Positions 24,001-37,149 of a DNA stretch of 64,000 bases are shown here, piece by piece. The position numbers and the translations under genes were made by a program. How positions within the stretch are numbered: the stretch's first letter is position 1; each line of letters begins with the position of its first letter. Below the pieces are notes generated by a model. The model did not search any database. It had not been told where the DNA came from and saw only the letters and a list, made by a program, of their open reading frames with translations. The DNA lies in NCBI RefSeq assembly GCF_031769215.1, contig NW_026781945.1:62001-126000 (forward strand). Direction: 5' to 3'. Source of the stretch: Ylistrum balloti (Eukaryota).

Positions 24001-27000
24001 TTCTTGGACACAAAATGATATTTTGACTGTTCAACAATACAATAATGGTAAGGACATGATGAAAAGGATGTTGCATTCGAAGGATAAATTCAAAGTCTCT
24101 GTGTTTGTTTTCATGGTCTGTATAAATATGTTGAACCAATAATGATTGCTTCACTAAATTTCACTTAATATGTTCTGGGTTGTATGTAATATGATTTACA
24201 AAAACATTTTCGATCGTTTTTGGAAAATATTTACAATTAAATGGTAATAGTCTGGTGTAACCTACCAATGAAAATTGTGTGTTACCAATATCATATTCAT
24301 GAAATGAAACTGAGGTTATCGCCTTTTATAACAAGATGACACTTGAAAATGATAAATATACACAACCAGTGAACTGCTTTTAGGTGGCATTTCTGTGACT
24401 TATATATCCCAACTGTGAATAAAGTGCATAATTGAATTTGCCCTTTAATTAGTTCATGTTTTCATATTGCTCAGGATTGCCACCTCAAAGTTCACTGCTT
24501 AAAAACACTTCCTTTATTTTCATATAAAAATGTCAATCCATTGTGAGAGATCAGCTTTACCAGAGCTTTTTTTAGATAAATGATACATCTGTACATAAAA
24601 ACCAAACAAATCTACCATTTAATCCATGCAGCATTAATGAACTTGCAGACATCCAAGGTGTTATAGAACAGGACTTGATTTTGTTTGTCTTAGTAATTTT
24701 CAAACCCGATAAAAGTACATTTATGAGAATAGTTTAGATCTATAGGAAAAGAACATGTTTGATATTGTATAATAAATCAATAATTTGGGAGAGTATGGCT
24801 TTAGTTTGATGTTTTTACTGAATGTTAGATGCTTAAATATGTCTTCAGTGTTAAGAAAAGTAGATATAGTATGTGCTATATTTCCATAAAAAATTGAAGC
24901 ATATTGTGTGCATCTCTTTCAGCAATATAAATGAATAGACTGACAATTACTGAATTTATTACTACACAAAATTTAATTTTTGATATGGCTTTTTTGGAGG
25001 TCGTTGAATTGTGATCTACCTGCATTGCACTAAAATGTGTTAGAACTTCTGCAACTGTATGGGAAATTCAAATGGGCTGTTCAAGCACATTATATTGGAT
25101 ATTTTCATTTTTTTTCAAATCTGCCTTCAAGAAAGATGTTCCAATGTACATGACATGATTGAACAATGTTGAAAAAGTTGGTGAACTGTTATTGCTGGTA
25201 TTTCCAGTCTGCCAAGCTATATAAAAGTGTAACAGCATGCATGCCTATTCAAGGGTAAGCATGTGAAAGAAGGACATTATTTTCAAGAGTTTACTATATT
25301 TATCTGGTAATAAGCCCTCTTTGTATGTATTGCTGTTCGATGGAAGTACACACAGAATATACCATCTCTACTTCTCTGTGTATAGTGATGTGTTGACCCT
25401 AGGTCTTATTGCATTATAAATATGGTAATGAATTTCATAATGAAACCCACAAACTTCGGCTCTTGTGATACAGGGAAGAAAATATGTCACCTGTATTTGG
25501 TAGTACAGTTCACAAAACATTAATAAAAAGAGATTTGGATAAATGTAAATCACGAATCTTGTTGAAATTCTACACGATTTCTATTTCTGTGTAATCAAAT
25601 GCAATAACTACAGTGATACCGACCATACAGGCCTCTCTAATGTTATCAGATCAATACATTATTTATATATTGCAGAGAAATGTGTTAATCTTGTATGTCT
25701 GGATATACTGATTACAATTAAACTGTATGCTGTATCAAATAGTTTGTTCTTTATTGACTCACCAATCAAAAATATTTATGTAATTATCAGACAGTTTTAC
25801 AAACCTTGAAGCATCAAGGGATATATTGTCTCAAACAGGAAGGTGACCTTGAAATGTCAGTCCTTTACTCACACTTGGTTGTTTATCAATATTATGATCC
25901 TTGGCATTTTTTAGATTCTTGAGAACTTGTTCAAAATTAAAGCATAACAACAAACAAAAAATTACCATGTGATAAACACTTTGTACTTAGTGAGTAAACA
26001 AAAGGCCAGATGAGTCTGTATCACTAAACATGGCTGAAGTCGTCAGGTGAACTAAAAACAAAAGTAATTAGGCATTTCTGTTATCTTTTATTGTTAAAAC
26101 AAAATCAAATAAAGGTATCTTTCTTAATACTTGAACACAAGAAGGAATTAAATGAAAACACACCAAACATGTAGGTCTACAAAGTAAACTTTCTCCAACA
26201 CAGTCTATTATATTCTCAACAAGCTGAATCCATCACAAATTGTAAAGGAAATGAAATTATATATTGCACACATATCTAACATTGAAATTCCTTGGTATAA
26301 GACATGACAACTTGTTGATTATAAAACCTGAACTCAAATCAGTTTAAATTACAACAGCTTTAGAAGTAATGAAAAAAAAATTATTCCAAAATTCCTTCCC
26401 TGTATTGGTACTAGTGTAATGGAAAAACTAATAAAAAAACATGCTGCCCCCATCCAGGTTTCAACTAGGGACACTTCAGGGGAATCCCACTCACCAAGGC
26501 TTGTTAGGTGACCTGTAGTCTCATCCTCAACACCAGTAAAGGTAGACAAATCAATTACCTCCCTTTAGGGTACATTAAAATGTGTATACTTGTTGAGACA
26601 GCAATTCAGATTATTCTAAAATGGAGAAAAACATTTATCACTCTAAAAAGCTCAATGTCAAGACAACATATTACAATATATAGATGAAATATTTTATAAT
26701 GAATTACATTTATATAAGGAGGGTTCAGATGAAGAAGCCGTGATAATATGAAGCATAGTACCATTTACATATATGTCCTAATAAACCTTGAGTGCATTGA
26801 GTAATCTAAATACATCTCTGTTTCATATACTAAAGGTTTCATTATTTTCATCAAAACACTTTCCAAAAGGAACTGATGTACAAGTCTGGATATTTGTGTT
26901 GTTTTACATCCTCATAGCAGCTGAAATCACACAAAGACCGACATTAGACAAGAGAAAAGGATCCAAGAAAAAAACAAATATAAAATCTCCACTTTAGTGA

Positions 27001-29766
27001 TCATGCAATGGGGGTAATGGTTACAATTTTTAGCATACCTGTAGAGCTCTTGAGAATGACACACCCAAGGCATCTGCAAGTTATTGTGTGAAATTGAAAT
27101 AATTCTCTTAAACTTCAGATCTCAATATGAGTTAATGTTAAGTTAGTATGTTTTAATGTACCAGGAGCTTGAGTTTCACATATAGAAACTCATATAATTT
27201 GGTTTAATCATAATGGATACCTTTGTGAAGAAGACACAACAACGCTGACAAAGTTATCCTAGTGTTGTCTGTGCTCTCCCATCAAAATGACTTCCATTAA
27301 AGCTCAATAACATATACAACAGAACCTTGTTGTCTCAAACCCATACACCTCAAAGATCCTATTTAATTTGTCAATTTACAAAAAGTCAAAATGGGCAAAA
27401 ATTAAACTGCAGCATAAGTTTCCCAGGGTGCAAAGTTACCACACTTCAGAAAAATTACATCTTCCTATTACAAGTACCTGGGTACAATAAATGACAAAAA
27501 GCAAGTAATCTGTGCCACATTTACACTTTGTTCAAGAACTTGAATATTAAAACCATCAATAATCTTTTGTCATGCTCATATGGGAACATATCAAAAAACA
27601 TAATATTCAATTTTGATACAATATTTCAACCACAATAAATGGACTACTGTTAGAATGAAAGACAAAAATCAATTTTGGCTTAGAATTTTATATCAAAACC
27701 GTATGTTGTGTACTAATATAATATCAATGTTTCACAACTGGCATCTTACATATAAGGACTTGTTTACAGAGCACCAATTAATGAGATACAAATAAATACT
27801 ATCATCAACATGAAATTTTTAATCAATTCTGAAATGAAAAATCTACATATCAGAAGTGGTTCATTATACAAAAGCCTACATATATTAAAATGGCAAGCAC
27901 CTATATAAGGACCAAGTACCATGATGAGCTAAAACTTCAGTGCTAAGTACAATAGCACCATTTAGTATGGAATTTATCACAAGCAAATGTAAAATAAAGT
28001 AACAAGATCTTGTAGTAAGCTACTATGATGTTCATGAACACAACAAATCAATATTTATTTCACATTATGTAGTAAGACACTCTACAAATGTTGATATCGG
28101 ATACTTGATAGGATAGCATCTGATGATGCCAGGATGTAAAAATTAAAATACAAGTGTACATATAAATTCACAATTCTGCAAATACTGGAGTAGAATGATA
28201 AAGAAAAATTCTGTCTAATGCATTACAACTAGGTAAATTGGCTACGTGACTAAATGTCTGAAAAATTTAACTGAAGTCCACAAAAAATATATATTGTACT
28301 TCAAAGCTAGTAAACATGATTTCAGGACAATTTCCTGTACAATCTTGAAAAGTGTTCAAACAATGATCTTTGCAGTTGATTTATCCAAAAAAGCAAGAGG
28401 TAAACAAAAGGATTCCTCTGTCTTTTAACCTGTCCATTTAACTTATAAAATTACATTTTTAAGTGTGTTGTATGATACTATAACTCATCATTAATCATTT
28501 CATTTCTGGACAAGATCAAATGTACAGTTTTCAACTTTGACATAATTTCCTTCTTCAAAATTTGAAATAAAGTTAAAAATTGCTTCCAATTTCATAATTC
28601 TTTAACAACCATTTCTAAAACCAACCAATTTTTTATTATTCATAAATCATACAGTTTCTGCTTTTACCATTCTGGACAAAATATATTATATGTGATATAT
28701 AAATTTCATAGCTAATTTTTAAGCAGCTTACAGCTAAATTCATTAGTATAGGATTGTTGATTTGATGACTTACCTTTTTATGTATTTTATTACTGTGACT
28801 TTCACATATTAGACAGAAAATAACAATTTGATGTAGCTCACATGACCCATCATTAATTGAATTAATAAAGTATTTTCAGGCTACAATCACAAATTTATTT
28901 CGACAAATTCAACTTTCCACATAATACTTTAGCATGGTTATGTCCACAGAAAAGACACTCTACCCCAATTGCTCTGCATGGGCCTCCATGAAACTATTTC
29001 TAAAAGTAAGCCTCTAGTTTCTTAAACAAAAAAAACTGCATTTGTTTACTATTTTAGAAAATAGCCACATCTTTTTTAGTTTTTAGGGTATATAGGAAAC
29101 AGACTTGATGTTAACCTACCGGTAAATTAACACCTGTATGATATGGTATAATTTCAACATGTTCGACTGCTGGAATTCTGATCTCATTCTTAACAAATAA
29201 TAATTGGCCTTGTTGATTTACTTTCTTTACCTCCATTCCATGTCTAGGTTAGATTTTCTCTATAAAACATCATGATACTCATTTACATTCCAATATGTCA
29301 TATTAAGAAATTTCATTGGATTTCTAAAAATGACATATAAATATGCCATCTTATTTAAATAGGAAAAACAACAAAAACAAAAAACTGACAGGCATGCTTG
29401 TAGAATATTTCATTCTACATTGTGAAGCCTTATTGATGACTGAGCTTAGCAGACTTTAAACCATTGTATAAGACAATGTAGAGTCTTAATCAATTTACAG
29501 TTGGACAGCATTAGTGAACTCTTCAACATACAACATCTCTTTAAATAATTCACTTAGATAATTACAGATAACAGCATAAATATGTCAACACAATGAAAAT
29601 CTTCAGGACAAATTTTGATACAAAAACAAGAAATGTTTCAAACTGGTAGGCACTTTTTCCAATAGTGATTCACAAACATCTGATTTATATCACAGCAAAT
29701 GATGACATTTTTTGACATGGCACAGTGCCTGCATAGTACAGCAAAGTTTGTTTGCTGTAGAGCAGG

Positions 29767-31812
29767 TTAATCTATTACATGACAGTTAGCTTGCATTGCA
29801 TAACACTGTTTGATAGCCTCCTGGCAGTTGTTGAAGTCCTGCCACGGTAAACAAAGGTTCTGTTGCAGGAATTGTAGATGTTTATTCAACACATGAAGTG
29901 TGTGTTCTGGTCCCTGATTTCCAGATAAAAACTTCTCTAAGACAGCTCGAAAAACTTTGTCCGAGCATTCCAAGGTGAGAATAGTCTTGGCCAGTTTTTG
30001 AGAGTGCTTACAAACAGTGCACTTAGCAGTTTTTGTGGTGGTGTTGACATTGGAGAGAGCACCGCCACATTTTTCACACTTGTAGACAGGTATTTCACTG
30101 GGTATGCTGAAATACATAGGCCATACATTCTGACAGGGGAGACAATTACAAACGAATTGGTACTGCGAGAGTTTTTTCTGTCGTTCAGATTTTGTACTAA
30201 CTGCATACACAGCTCCATAATTGTCCAAAATTTCATGACCTTTTGAAATTTTCTTGATGGCTCTTACAATACAAACATCCCCATAGGAATGACGGACAAC
30301 ATCTGGATCACATGAATGGTTGAACAGACTGAGCATTGCATATATAGCAGAACCAATTTCCTCACCGACGGATTCAGCAACCATAGTTCTTTTCAACTTC
30401 AATTCAGAAACTTCATGGGCATTGCATGGAAGCATTTGGATGTGACGCAGAATGTGACCACCTATATACATCAAATCCTGTTGTCGTTTTTCTGTAGATG
30501 AAACAAAAGTGGAGTTCTCCAAGCATTTAACAAGATAGACAGCATTTATTGTACGTTTTAAGAGATCTGTGGTTGTACGTTTTTCACAATGATTTACTAG
30601 ATTGTAAACTGCATTATAATTATTGGAATCATAAACCCCATCTTCATTGAAGCCAGATCCAAACAAATCACCAACAATATCAAATTGGTTCTTATGTTCC
30701 TTCAAATACTCAAATCCAGCTTTCAGAACCATTCGAAATGACAGATGTCCAAGGCCCAGCTGAGCAGATTGAATACCAGCAAGATGTTCACACTCAACGT
30801 AATGATACGTTTCCCAGGATTCCATTTCACACTGACGAGAACAATAACCAACACCAGCACAGTTACGACATGGGAATGGAGAAAACAATTTTTCACAGCA
30901 GTGGTGGCAATTTGACATGCTGAGTCCTGGCATGGTCACAGACATATAGGCTTTCTCCACAACCAGGACATCCCCAATATCTATGTCATCTGTTGCATAT
31001 ACCCCACGACCCATTTCCTCACTTTCTTCCATGGTAACAGCAGTAGAGGCATTGGGAAATTTCTTGCTTAGCTTTGTTATTACCGGAAGAGCAGAATGAC
31101 TTCTGTTACACTCTGCTTGGGTTTTCATTACTTTTTTCTGTTGATCATCTTTTATTTTTCTACAAGCTTCAATCAGTCTATCTAACTCCTCCGTTATCTT
31201 TTTAATTTTGTCTTCGTCCAAGTCAGATATCTTTATTTGACTCTTGGCTTTCTCAAAGGCTTGAATAGCATCCTCTCCCCACTTCAACTGCATGTAACAT
31301 TTCCCTTTCCTGTCATAAAGTTTGTACTGCAGGTTTTTTGGGTAGCCATTTTCCAATGCAAGCTCAATATCTGCTAGACACAGTTCATCTTTTGCCATAT
31401 GAAATAAAACTGCAGATCTATTTGCAAATGCCAAAGCTAAAGTTGGAGGTTTATCCAGGTTACCATTATTTTCATTTGTAGTATTGTGACTTTTCCAAGG
31501 TGAGAAGAGAACACTTTGGGTATAGAGATCAAGTGCTTGTTTATATTTCTTCCTCTGGAAGAAAGCATTCCCTTGGTTTCGAAGATTTACTGCTTTTTCT
31601 TCGCATTTTTCTCTGAAATTCAAATTTGCTTGAACAACATCTTGTGTGATTTGAAGTTTATATATTAAATTCACTCGTTCTTCATTTGATTTACATTGAT
31701 CAAATTTCTTTCTCAATTCTTCCAGACTTCCTTCATCTCTCAAGCAGTTGGTAATCTGATCATACCACTCATCTGAAGTGTTTTTGCTCCTCGAAGTAGA
31801 GGCCATTTTCAT
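29767..31812 (-). CDS. SMYD4: SET and MYND domain protein lysine methyltransferase, SMYD4-like, ~681 aa, single coding exon
   Basis: Uninterrupted ORF with TPR region (LRNQGNAFFQRKKYKQALDLYTQS, ALAFANRSAVLF), split SET (GRGVYATDDIDIGDVLVVEKAY; SLFNHSCDPD; EILDNYG) and MYND finger (CHHC...CRNCAGVGYCSRQC). Acceptor at 31825-31824 just upstream of ATG 31812. Confidence 0.88.
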   Translation of the reverse strand: MKMASTSRSKNTSDEWYDQITNCLRDEGSLEELRKKFDQCKSNEERVNLIYKLQITQDVVQANLNFREKCEEKAVNLRNQGNAFFQRKKYKQALDLYTQSVLFSPWKSHNTTNENNGNLDKPPTLALAFANRSAVLFHMAKDELCLADIELALENGYPKNLQYKLYDRKGKCYMQLKWGEDAIQAFEKAKSQIKISDLDEDKIKKITEELDRLIEACRKIKDDQQKKVMKTQAECNRSHSALPVITKLSKKFPNASTAVTMEESEEMGRGVYATDDIDIGDVLVVEKAYMSVTMPGLSMSNCHHCCEKLFSPFPCRNCAGVGYCSRQCEMESWETYHYVECEHLAGIQSAQLGLGHLSFRMVLKAGFEYLKEHKNQFDIVGDLFGSGFNEDGVYDSNNYNAVYNLVNHCEKRTTTDLLKRTINAVYLVKCLENSTFVSSTEKRQQDLMYIGGHILRHIQMLPCNAHEVSELKLKRTMVAESVGEEIGSAIYAMLSLFNHSCDPDVVRHSYGDVCIVRAIKKISKGHEILDNYGAVYAVSTKSERQKKLSQYQFVCNCLPCQNVWPMYFSIPSEIPVYKCEKCGGALSNVNTTTKTAKCTVCKHSQKLAKTILTLECSDKVFRAVLEKFLSGNQGPEHTLHVLNKHLQFLQQNLCLPWQDFNNCQEAIKQCYAMQANCHVID

Positions 31813-32164
31813 GAGGGTCACACCTACAAAGAAAAGGACAAAAAATTTAAAAAGCTTGAGCGTGATGTTTTGATGATTTCATCGTCACCTTTAACAGACA
31901 AATGACCAGTGTGATGCATCACACTCAGATCTGCTACTGATTGTGAATAAGAACTTTAATTACATTAACCCACCCAAAACAAATAATCGGAAAACCAACC
32001 AGCAGAAAATGTTTGGAAACTTATCAAGTTTTGATTTTTAGAGAATGCTCACTTTCATTCACTGTAGAAATAAACAATTTGTTCACCACCGTTAAGATCA
32101 TGAAACCTTTGCTATAAACCATTAAAACTAATAAAACTGAGAGCAATTTTTAACCAATTTAAAC

Positions 32165-32440
32165 TGTGTATTTCTGAGGTTATTTCTTTAACGTGTAATA
32201 AGCACATAGGGTCAAGACATAGATGAGTCAAAGTAGGTGTGGGCTTATTGAAGAAGAGGACGATAGTTTTTTATTCAACTGAGAAGCACTGGTGGGCTTA
32301 CTACAGAGTGGACACATTTTTATTTTAACAGGTGGGCTTATTGCAAAAATTGACAATTGTTAACTTTTAACTAAACAGACACAGGTGGGCTTATTGCAGG
32401 AATGTAAAATAGTTTTCTTCTAACTGAACAGACACCGGCA
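32165..32440. mobile_element. Small non-autonomous element with repeated subterminal motif
   Basis: GTGGGCTTA(TTG) four times at about 32240, 32293, 32333, 32385, with an inverted copy TAATAAGCAC near 32197. Confidence 0.35.
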
Positions 32441-32649
32441 GTTTTTTTTTCAAGGCATGAGCTTGATGTTGTACCAGAATTTCTATGGAGAAAATTTCAG
32501 TTACATTTTAATTTTCAAATTTCAATAATTACAGACAGGTCAATTATTATACTTCTGTAATAGGTCATTCTTATTTTCTTCACATCAGCATGTTATTTTT
32601 GTAACAAAGTTCCATTTCAATAATATGTCAATCCCTGAACTACTGGACC

Positions 32650-33110
32650 AATTAGACAAATCTCATCCACAGGATGTAATTGAAGGCTGCCTACCCTTGT
32701 ATTGCCGAAGCAATGAAACAGTCAATGATAAAGAGGAGAAGTTTATCTAGTAAGCTAAACCAGCCAGTGAGTGTACATTTGCAGCCCTTCTTAGGACCAA
32801 ACAAGGTCCTAAGACTCAAACAGACCCATGATACCTCAATAGGTAAGGTAGATTTTGACTGTGAGACTAATACAACCTCAAATGTGGTTTGATCCCTTCT
32901 CAGGGAAGTTTGTCTGAGGATAGTGATCACCAACAGTCCTGGTGTACTTGTGACCTTAGACTGAACACTTTATCTCAGTTGCTTTGAATTGTCGCACCTG
33001 TGATGTTCCTCCCACATGACATTGCCATTCGCTATTTGTTGATAGTCTCAACCTAAAAATGCAGCTGCCAGAAATGACATGTAAGACAGTTACCAGTTAC
33101 GTGTGATATA
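32650..33110 (-). mobile_element. Very decayed LINE RT fragment in the SMYD4 5' UTR intron
   Basis: Translations such as TTFEVVLVSQSKSTLPIEVS and HGSV*VLGPCL weakly echo the RT motif QxVVLxGxxS...SGVPQGSVLGP. Confidence 0.35.
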
Positions 33111-33666
33111 CCTGCATGGTCTGTATAACCAAATATGGTATTAATGATATTTCAAAAGAAAATTTTGATACTAGAAACAAGTTTACTTCTCTAGAAAGAT
33201 GAACGAAGTCTATCGATAAAAATGAAGGAGAAATATCATTTCACACCTAACTCACTAATCTATGGACAACTGGTGAAAAATTGTCCCCGTATATATGCCT
33301 CCATATTGTACAGTAATTTACTCCAACAGTTACAGAGAGAGGCAGGCTATTTATAATTTATCGTTCAACTAATAACAAAACTTGTTCCATCATCACAATT
33401 TTTTTATATTTCCTCCCGTAAGAAATTGTGCTAATATCCATTTCTTTCCATAGCGAAACATGTTCTTCACACAATACACATGTGAAGTTAGCGGCATATT
33501 ATATAGTCTAGAATTCCGCAGCAGGTCAGTTATGTGTTGCCAAACTAATGGCATATCGCATGATATGTTGAAGTATTTCGGAATTACCACTTACCACTTT
33601 AATATTGAAAATTTTGCACATCGCTATGTGATCGAATGTTGAGGGTTGAGAAACAAGACAACATAC

Positions 33667-33830
33667 ATCAAAAGACTGTTCCCTTCTTCCTCTATGAAAT
33701 CTGATCTGAGAGGCATCCAGCAGATGTAAACGTTTATGTGACTGAGTGAGCAATTCTAAATTTAGAGCCGGACCCCAAAGAAACGGAAATGATTCAGAGG
33801 CTGAATTCACTAGAGAGGAAATCGAAAAAA
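33667..33830 (-). other. Candidate non-coding first exon / promoter of SMYD4
   Basis: Donor TTGAT|GTATGT at 33666, CpG-richer sequence, CGGAAATG near 33784 and ATTGG near 33901. No transcript data. Confidence 0.4.
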
Positions 33831-34360
33831 ATGCAAAATCAAAAGGAAATCACATAAATATTAGATAAAAACAGATTTTAAATATAATTGTTTACAAAAG
33901 ATTGGTTGTCGGCGTTAGACTTGTGAAGTGCAGTAACAGTATCAACAAACTTGATTGATCTAATGGTAACTAGACGTTGTCGAAAATTTAAAGTTTAAAA
34001 AACATGAAGAATTCCGTAAAAGCCATTTAGTTGATTTAAAAAGATGTGAGTAAACATATTGTTTATGGAATGTATATGTACGCAATTTAAGGGGGAGGTC
34101 TTGTCGCAGTTCTCAACTTAAACGTATATCGAAACTTCTTAGTTTTATACGTCTCTGCCAAAACCAACCAGTTGTCCAAATTTCTGTTATTTGAAAGTTA
34201 TTTATTGCATTGTGTGTGGACTCAGTTCGTTACAACGAAACATCCTAACAACACTTGAGAGATATCATATGCCGCTTTTTTGTGTTTTGATACTATGATT
34301 TTGAATGATGATAGTGACTACAATCAAGTAAAACAGACAAGTTTGAACAATTAATGTATT

Positions 34361-37130
34361 TCAAAGACTTTCATGGGTGTCCATTTCATCGTGAGATTTG
34401 TAAACGCGACCCTCTGTCGAGTAAGTGACGTTATAGAACGTAGACATGGCACTGCGGCGGCAGACAACGTGCGTCTTCAACCCTCGTACCTGACCAAAGT
34501 GTGTGATAAAAATAAAAGTGTTTTATTTCGTTGTTCGTATGAGTAAAATCAAGGAGAGATGCCAGACGAAATGTTCACAAAAATGCTTTAAGATGTATAC
34601 TAGAAATAATCCTATGTGAGAAAGGGCATTCATATGCTAAATTAAATACTGTAACAAGTCGATATTGGAATAAAATACATTTATATAAATGTTTGTTTAA
34701 CGAAGTAAACTCGCTGATTTTTACTTGTAAGCGGAAAATGTAACAAACAGACTTTCTGGTATACTCAGTGAGTACAAGTCATTTGCATTATAGACCGAAC
34801 AGACGTTTAATTTATCATTGTCTCAGTTTTCTACAAGTCAGTGAAGGTATATCAAAATGATACAATACCTGTACCTGGATTTTAAGAGATGTGGCACTTA
34901 CAGCGTCATTTAAACACTAAGTAAACACACAAATAATACGATACCACTTCATGTTTATGTAACAAAACACGAGAAGAAACATATAAGTACATGTGTAACT
35001 GGCCTTACAACAAGTCTAGTATCTTCTTATAGCATGCTGTTTAATAGTGTAATGTATTACTTATATCCGTAAAATTTAGCCACGCTGAAACTGAGCTCCA
35101 ATGGAAATCCGACAATCAATCGATGAGTTTCCCGAAAATTCAATTACCGGTATGTGTTATTACGATTAATTTGTAGTAAGACTGTGTACTTAGACATGTG
35201 TATATTGGATGTTGTGGTATTATTCTAAACCATTTTATGCCAATGTAAAAACTTCCAAAACCAAAATAAGATACATGAATAAGATGCAAATTGGACTTAC
35301 ATAGATGACTTCTGTCATAATATCTCCACTACAGAAAAGTGAACACAAAGTTAGTGCGCTTAACCTGACTGCAGCTAGATTGTCGGTACTATGTATGTAC
35401 AGTGTACCTTGTCGCCGACTTCTTGACATGTCCCCTCCGTTCTACGTACACGACATGCGGATATGATGTCATTATCAAAGAAAACTATCTTACCGTGGAT
35501 ACTACAAGTGCAGGAATATTTCACCTTTTGTCTCTTTTTCGCCATACATACAAAGCTGAAAAGTTCGCTTTTTTATACAAATATAGGATCCTACAAGACG
35601 AGTTTTCATTTCATATGAGATTTTATGAATCCAGTCGTAGACCGTTTCATTTTTGTGTGCCTTTGGTTGGTAACGGCCCATCGAAAGCCCCGATACTTTT
35701 TGGCATGTATTATGTTCGATAAAACAAACATTAGACAGAAAACAACATGTCTAGTTATATAAGAGTTAACATTTTGATCAAAATGACCTGTCTCTCGAAC
35801 GAAATTAAGCAACTTCACCAGTTCGACGGAAGTGAAATAAATATCTTTAATCTGGGCTCTGGAAATACCTGTTGGTTCTTAACGCGTTTAAGAAATTGAC
35901 AGAAGGGTAAGAAAGCTTGGTTATGAGCTGAGAAAGGACAACTTCCTCTCTCCGATTTGCCCTTTAAAGAAAACATGCAGGTCCTTATATTTTCTTGCTT
36001 CTCAATTTGTAGCCAATAATCTCTCATTAATGCTAAAATTGTTGATATAAGGTCAGTATATAGCAGTTTAATGTCTGCGACAGGTTCAGTACATTTTTGG
36101 ATGCCCTGTCAGCATTATTTTTATCGATGTTTCCGACATGTCAAGGAGTCCACAGAGACGTTATAAGATAGTCTGTGTACACTTGCGTTTTAGGCACGAC
36201 TTTCTGTTATATATTTGAGCGCCAATTCAATGGCACGAGCTCCCACAGAAAATATGAAAGCACCAAAAGGAAGACAATCTGAAAAGGTATAGTTCTTCGA
36301 CTCCGAGCATGCTTCTGCGACTCTTTTCCCGTCTTTTGCACTGTTAGTGTACGAAGCACAGGTTACCACATCATAGATTCTTCAGGGGTTACGCTCACAT
36401 TTCATGGCAAAATTGTAGGTTCCTTGGATAAGCCAAGAAGACTTGTTTGATCCTTTGATGTACATCAAACGAATCTAAGGTAGCACAACAGGATGTTGTA
36501 TTGGCTTTGAAATTTGGTGTCGCATATGAATCTGACTGGTCAGGTTTTTTTCTCCTGAAACCCGCTCTTGGCCGATCAAATTACTGCACTCGTGCCTGCA
36601 ATTTTGCCATGAAATGTCCCAGAGGTGCTGATAGCGAAAGTGATGTAACTTCTGGGGTGTCGAGGATGAGGTTGTGAAGGACAAGTCAGTCCAGTGAAGT
36701 CTGCTTTGTATGCATATGTGATTACCTTGCCATTGCTATGTAATGGTTGAAATGTCAATTACAGATTATGGATTTTTTTCACATGTAAACCAATGTTAAC
36801 ATTAGTTTGGCTGAACATGTTTCCATAGTATAGGTTGAATATTTGATTGCAAGATTGTTGGGGTTGAATTTCAGTTGAACTGCAAACTGAAGTGAGACCT
36901 TTGGTCTACAGTCTTAAAAGCAGATAGTCCATTAGTGTCTGTATAAAACCTTTTCGCTGGTAGAGTTGAAAAAGCTTTCAGTGCAAAGCAAAATCTTGAA
37001 TTGTGATTTGAACTATTAGGATATGAAACAACAGGCCAATTAGTTTTAAGGGTCAGCTGGCTATAAAGATACCACAAACCATGAATATCGTCAAAAACTG
37101 AAGTACAGGTTACTGGATTGTTACATTCAC
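34361..37130 (-). CDS. Candidate small-exon gene of unknown function (possible lipocalin/calycin-like protein); start not found
   Basis: Hand-built phase-consistent exons 37130-36899, 36735-36585, 36474-36399, 36278-36247, 35927-35869, 35590-35525, 35328-35301, 34489-34361 (stop), then AATAAA at 34206-34201. The last four exons have the better splice sites; several upstream donors are weak. Confidence 0.4.
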
Positions 37131-37149
37131 CTGTGAGATACCTTATAGA

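Noticed and set aside
35402-35722. 106-aa plus-strand ORF as a gene
   Set aside because: Starts at a non-ATG codon, has no recognisable domain, and lies antisense to better-supported minus-strand splice sites.
36190-36470. In-frame TGA (CERNP*RIYDVV) as selenocysteine
   Set aside because: No SECIS recognised and no selenoprotein context; the TGA falls inside a predicted intron of the candidate gene model.
36926-36953. RFYTDTNGL resembling the alpha-mannosidase FYTDxNG motif
   Set aside because: Flanking mannosidase motifs (e.g. NYYP, DRRL) are absent; a short match is probably coincidental.
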